64,000 bases of DNA from Eledone cirrhosa (taxonomy: Eukaryota), in NCBI GenBank assembly GCA_964016885.1, contig OZ024745.1, positions 105,338,001 to 105,402,000 of the forward strand, given 5' to 3'. Within the stretch, counting starts at the first letter, position 1. Each line of letters opens with the position of its first letter. This document shows positions 58,670 through 64,000 of this stretch, piece by piece. The translations under genes and the position numbers were made by a program. A model generated the notes under the pieces. The model was not told the origin of the DNA and did no database searches. It saw nothing but the letters and a program-made list of their open reading frames with translations.

Positions 58670-59927
58670 TATATATATATATATATATCATGTATGTTAG
58701 TAGGAAATGTCAGCAAGGAATATATATATATATATACATTTCCTACTAACATACATGATATAGCTGGTTTCGTAATCGGTTATTTCGTAACACCGAAGGA
58801 CTAAATGGTAAGAAGTATCTAAATGCAATTTCCCTTGTTGACTATGAAAAATTTCATTTAGATAAGAAAAATCTTGATACCTTTTTCATTTGACTTTAAT
58901 TTTGCCGCAACGAGTGATCACTGCCTGAAGATGAAACATGTTGATATGTTTTGGATTCTAGGAAAACTTAGTTTTCAGAAATCTCTAGTTTAACCTTTTT
59001 TCGCCTGAATTGTTAACATATTGAAATACCATATCATAGAGAAAAGTTTATCTGTTTCGAAGAATTAGTTGAAGTTTGTATATTAGATATGTCAAAGTTT
59101 AAAGGAAAATAGCCCCAAACACGAAGCTAATGAAATCTATTAAAATAGCTATATTTGAAACAGCAGACAAAAATAAATGTGAGGACGCATTAGAAAATGT
59201 AGCCGTAAAATGTCTGTGAATAAAATACGGGAATGATCATGACATGTACGTCTATGTTCATAGGACAGTGTTTTCTATCAGATCTGATATGGAAATAAAC
59301 AATATCATCATTATATTCTTTTTAACGAAAACGTCCAGACTAGTTTTTACTTCTCCACATAATATAGCTAGTCGGATACACACACACACAAAAATCAATA
59401 CTAACAATCACATTCCCAGATTTATATCAAGGATATTAGAATGCAGCTGCAACATCCTATTGTTGTGTTCGGTAAATGACCAATGTCTAAATAAATCAGT
59501 GGTATACTGAGTTGAAATCCTGAGAGTAGATGAAACTAAAAAAGAAAATGCGTAGGATTGACAATTGACACTTTTAAAACTAGATGCAGACAGCATATAC
59601 CTTTTTTTTTGCTGCGACAAAAGCAAAGTAAAGCAGAAAAAATACAATAAAACATTCCTGTACCAACATCTAACATATTTAAAATCTGAAAGAAACTAAC
59701 AATGACTAAACAATAAATTGGTTTGTAAAGGTAAATCACCTGATTCCTCTTTGGATAGTTCTGGAATGTACTTCTTATATATATTAGAGAATTATAACGT
59801 GATTATGGAACTGAATATTATACAGAATACAAGAGATAATATACAAATGTAAGCATAACAAATATAAGATACTTACTAAAGAATTTGATTAAAACGACAA
59901 AGTGTATGTCGTCATAGGCAGTCTGGG

Positions 59928-60480
<553 letters not shown>

Positions 60481-60857
60481 TTTTGCATTAGTTATATTAA
60501 TCTTCACAACAATTATGGCAATCACGTTGAACATTTAATTTTTAAAGTCCAGGATTGGTATGTCATACATACCAATATATATAAACAATCACACGATCTC
60601 AGAAATTTGCATTTGATAAAGTAATGGCCTACTTACATGAAACTATGAAGGTTATGTTGATTACTAACATGTGGAAGATAATGTGGGTTAAATAATTTAT
60701 TTCTAGGATGAAAATTTATAGATGTTCAGGTTATAAAAGAGAATTGGAAGCAAGTGTGTTGCGAAACTGTGTATTACGATAGTTCTTTACAACGTAATAA
60801 CAGTGAATGTGGTGTGGTCAATAAAAAGATACATATATAGCAGGCCCGAACACAATG

Positions 60858-61052
60858 CAGACCTGTCAACACTCTCTGTCCGACGAGGGGACCTCCCACC
60901 CACTTTGGGGTGGGTGAGAGATGTCTTCTCTTGCGAAAATGGATATAGCTTTCATTATGTCAAATCTCCCCATTTTGCCTCATTTCTCCCCGTTTTGGGG
61001 CATTGTTTTTCATTGTACTCCCTGTTTGGATTATTAGAGGTTGGCAGGTCTG
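60858..61052. mobile_element. hAT-like MITE with 6-bp TSD
   Basis: TIR CAGACCTG(T/C)CAAC; TSD ACAATG at 60852-60857 and 61053-61058. Confidence 0.75.
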
Positions 61053-62730
61053 ACAATGGAACCAAACTCCCACTGTCTCTGCCTCCGTCTCTCCCGCTCT
61101 CCACATGTCCCACTATTGTGAGCAAATGAGGGCCCATTCGCTGATCACCGCGCGGTCCCGGTGGGCAGAATGTTCTGTATATATGTGTAAATGACATACA
61201 AGATTAAATATATGAATAACTTTGGAGAAATAACTATTTACATAGACATAGGACGTTGTGATTAGAAAACTATATTCTTATTGTAGCAACATGATTGAGA
61301 TAGGAAATGTATTGTATGCATGTGCGTATGCGTATGTAAATTTTAAACACACACATACACACATACATACCCACATACACAAACACACACACACATCAAT
61401 AGTACAAATGTTTACATTGACGATGCCCATCTTCATATCATTAACATCAGACTTCACACGACCAGTAACAATATTCACGATATTAACACCTACCTTAACT
61501 TTAAGAAAACTAATCTTAACTAATCTTAACATTAAACGCTTTAATATTCACATCAGTCTAGACAGCAGTAACAATATTCATGTTGACACCACAGATATTG
61601 ACATGAACAGTTCCCGTCTCCACATTAACACAAATCTTCACATAGCCAGCACTAATATAAATAACACCAGTCATTACATCAACGGTACCGATATTACTAA
61701 AATACGAGGTTTTACTTTAACAACACAGATATTCACATTCACAAAAGTATTGTTCGTACATTTTCACTGTACTTTCTTCTAGCAGCTACGAAGTGACTAC
61801 ATCATTCTCACGGTGACTGTAATGAACTGTGTTCTTCAGAAATTTGTAGATGCCACACAAACTCACTCGAATTTATTCGACCCAACAAAAGAGCTTTCAT
61901 GCAGTCACTTAACCAGGGACAATTAGTAGATAAATTCTCTCAAATCAAACACGATTATCTTAAAATACAAAGAGCATATTGGATATGTATAAAAAAATGT
62001 CCTATACACTACGTCCGAAAAGCAATATACGTTAATGTCTCAATATCTTTGATCGTAGGTCTGTTAGATCAGAGCAGAGGTGTAGCTACAGAAAAACAAC
62101 AGAGACGACGACGACGACGACGGCTACAACAACATGACCAACAACAGCAACAAAAACTCCAACAAATATTCTAAGTACGTAAATGAGTTTGGTATGTTAA
62201 GATGCTCTTGCTAAACTAAATCATCGATAAATAAGTAGCAACAGTGTACACTAAAACTACTACAAAGAACTCAGCTGATACTAAGTTTACCAGACGTCCA
62301 CAATTTAACAACACATACGAATAAATAAATAGATATATAAATATGAATGATTAAAACATAGGCTGTAGTAAAGATAATTTCGAATAATACTTTCAGCACC
62401 ACTCCTAGAGAAATGTAACAAGATTGAATCTAATCCTAGATATAGTTGTGGCTTTGATATTTAATATTGACTGGGGACACACTAACATAATATTGATAAG
62501 GCTTAAGAAAGAAAATTTCTGATATCTTCTCAGTCTTCATCAATACTTTATTTCAGATAACAACTTGGTCAGATAACACAGTATTTTCTCTACCATTCTT
62601 TGCAAATACTTCTAAAATTCTCAACAATATGGAAGTAACAATAATTCAGCAACTACCATCATTATCTCATTCTCTTGTTCACCTTTATCTCCCCCTCCCT
62701 CTCCCTCCCCTCTCTGTACTACTCACATTT

Positions 62731-62778
<48 letters not shown>

Positions 62779-62889
62779 TCTTTCCTTGCGTTCATGTCTA
62801 TCGATCTTTTATTTAAAAAATGATGAAGTAGAATAAAAAATAGTAAATGCGGTGCTATTTCGATGATTATGATTAACATGATTACCATT

Positions 62890-62891
62890 GC

Positions 62892-62946
<55 letters not shown>

Positions 62947-63115
62947 GGTGGTAGTAGTAGTAGTGGTAGTTGTAGTAGTAGTGGTAGTAGTAGTAGTGGT
63001 AGTAATAGTAGTAGTAGTAGTAGCAGTAGCAGTAGAAGTAATAGTAATAGTAATAGTAGTAGTGGTAGTAGTAGTATTAGTAGTAGTAGTAGAAGTAGTA
63101 GTAATATTAGTAGTG

Positions 63116-63197
<82 letters not shown>

Positions 63198-63203
63198 CAG
63201 TAG
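62890..63203. repeat. (TAG)n/(TAT)n array
   Basis: Direct. Confidence 0.95.
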
Positions 63204-63457
63204 TCGCAAAACATGAATACTCACTACGAAGACAAGAATTATTACCAAGAGTATATATCTGGTTCCAAATGGTTTAAACAAGCTCCACGAATGCAATTAT
63301 CGGAAAATTCTGCGTTCGCTTCAAGAATGATTTTGGCTTGGAAATATGTGATTTTTATTCCCCTAATTTTCCCTATCGGAAGGTCGTGACTGTCATATTA
63401 CTGAAATTTGTACGCATTCTTTGTTTTCACTTTTAGTTATATATACTAATACAAAGC

Positions 63458-63539
<82 letters not shown>

Positions 63540-63599
63540 TAGATACATACATACATACATACATACATACATACATACATACATACATACATACATACA

Positions 63600-63646
<47 letters not shown>

Positions 63647-64000
63647 GCATAGATGCATATATACATAAATACACACACACATATATGTATATATGTATAT
63701 ATGTATATATGTATATATGTATATATGTATATATGTATGTGTGTGTGTGTGCGTGTATGTATGTATACATACCATCATATTGTGTGAGTGTGACTGAGTG
63801 ATTGTGTGTCTCCGTATAAGGATGTATGCGCGCGTGCGATTTGGCTCGCTGTATACAGAGAAAACTATAATAGCTTTTATGGAGCACATGTTTATTATAT
63901 TTGGCAGAATTCTAAGAAACTAATAAACTATTGTTCCTGATAATCACAAATATTCATCTTTGAACTTTGCAGCAACTATTAATAAAAATACATATATGGA

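Noticed and set aside
57400-59250. Decayed hAT transposase around the fold-back
   Set aside because: Only vague motif resemblance

Overview
AT-rich animal genomic DNA with no recognisable host gene; SINE types and microsatellite load suggest an octopod cephalopod (inference, no search run). Nearly all listed ORFs are microsatellite artefacts. Real coding remnants are transposon-derived: a near-intact Penelope-like element (PLE; RT + GIY-YIG, 23754-27657), a decayed Neptune-type PLE (51091-55719), a PLE endonuclease fragment, a Helitron-type PIF1 helicase followed by a USP/C19 protease domain, and LINE/hAT remnants. The main signal is non-coding: about a dozen complete and several half type I hammerhead ribozymes (HHRs), folded by eye, in roughly ten short families sitting in (TA)n arrays. 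The intact PLE starts at its own predicted ribozyme cut site. Many copies are fold-back palindromes whose turn lies in HHR stem II. Several HHRs sit just behind a splice donor, and one unit is a retrozyme-like 428-bp tandem. No ribozyme activity is demonstrated; boundaries of decayed elements are approximate.
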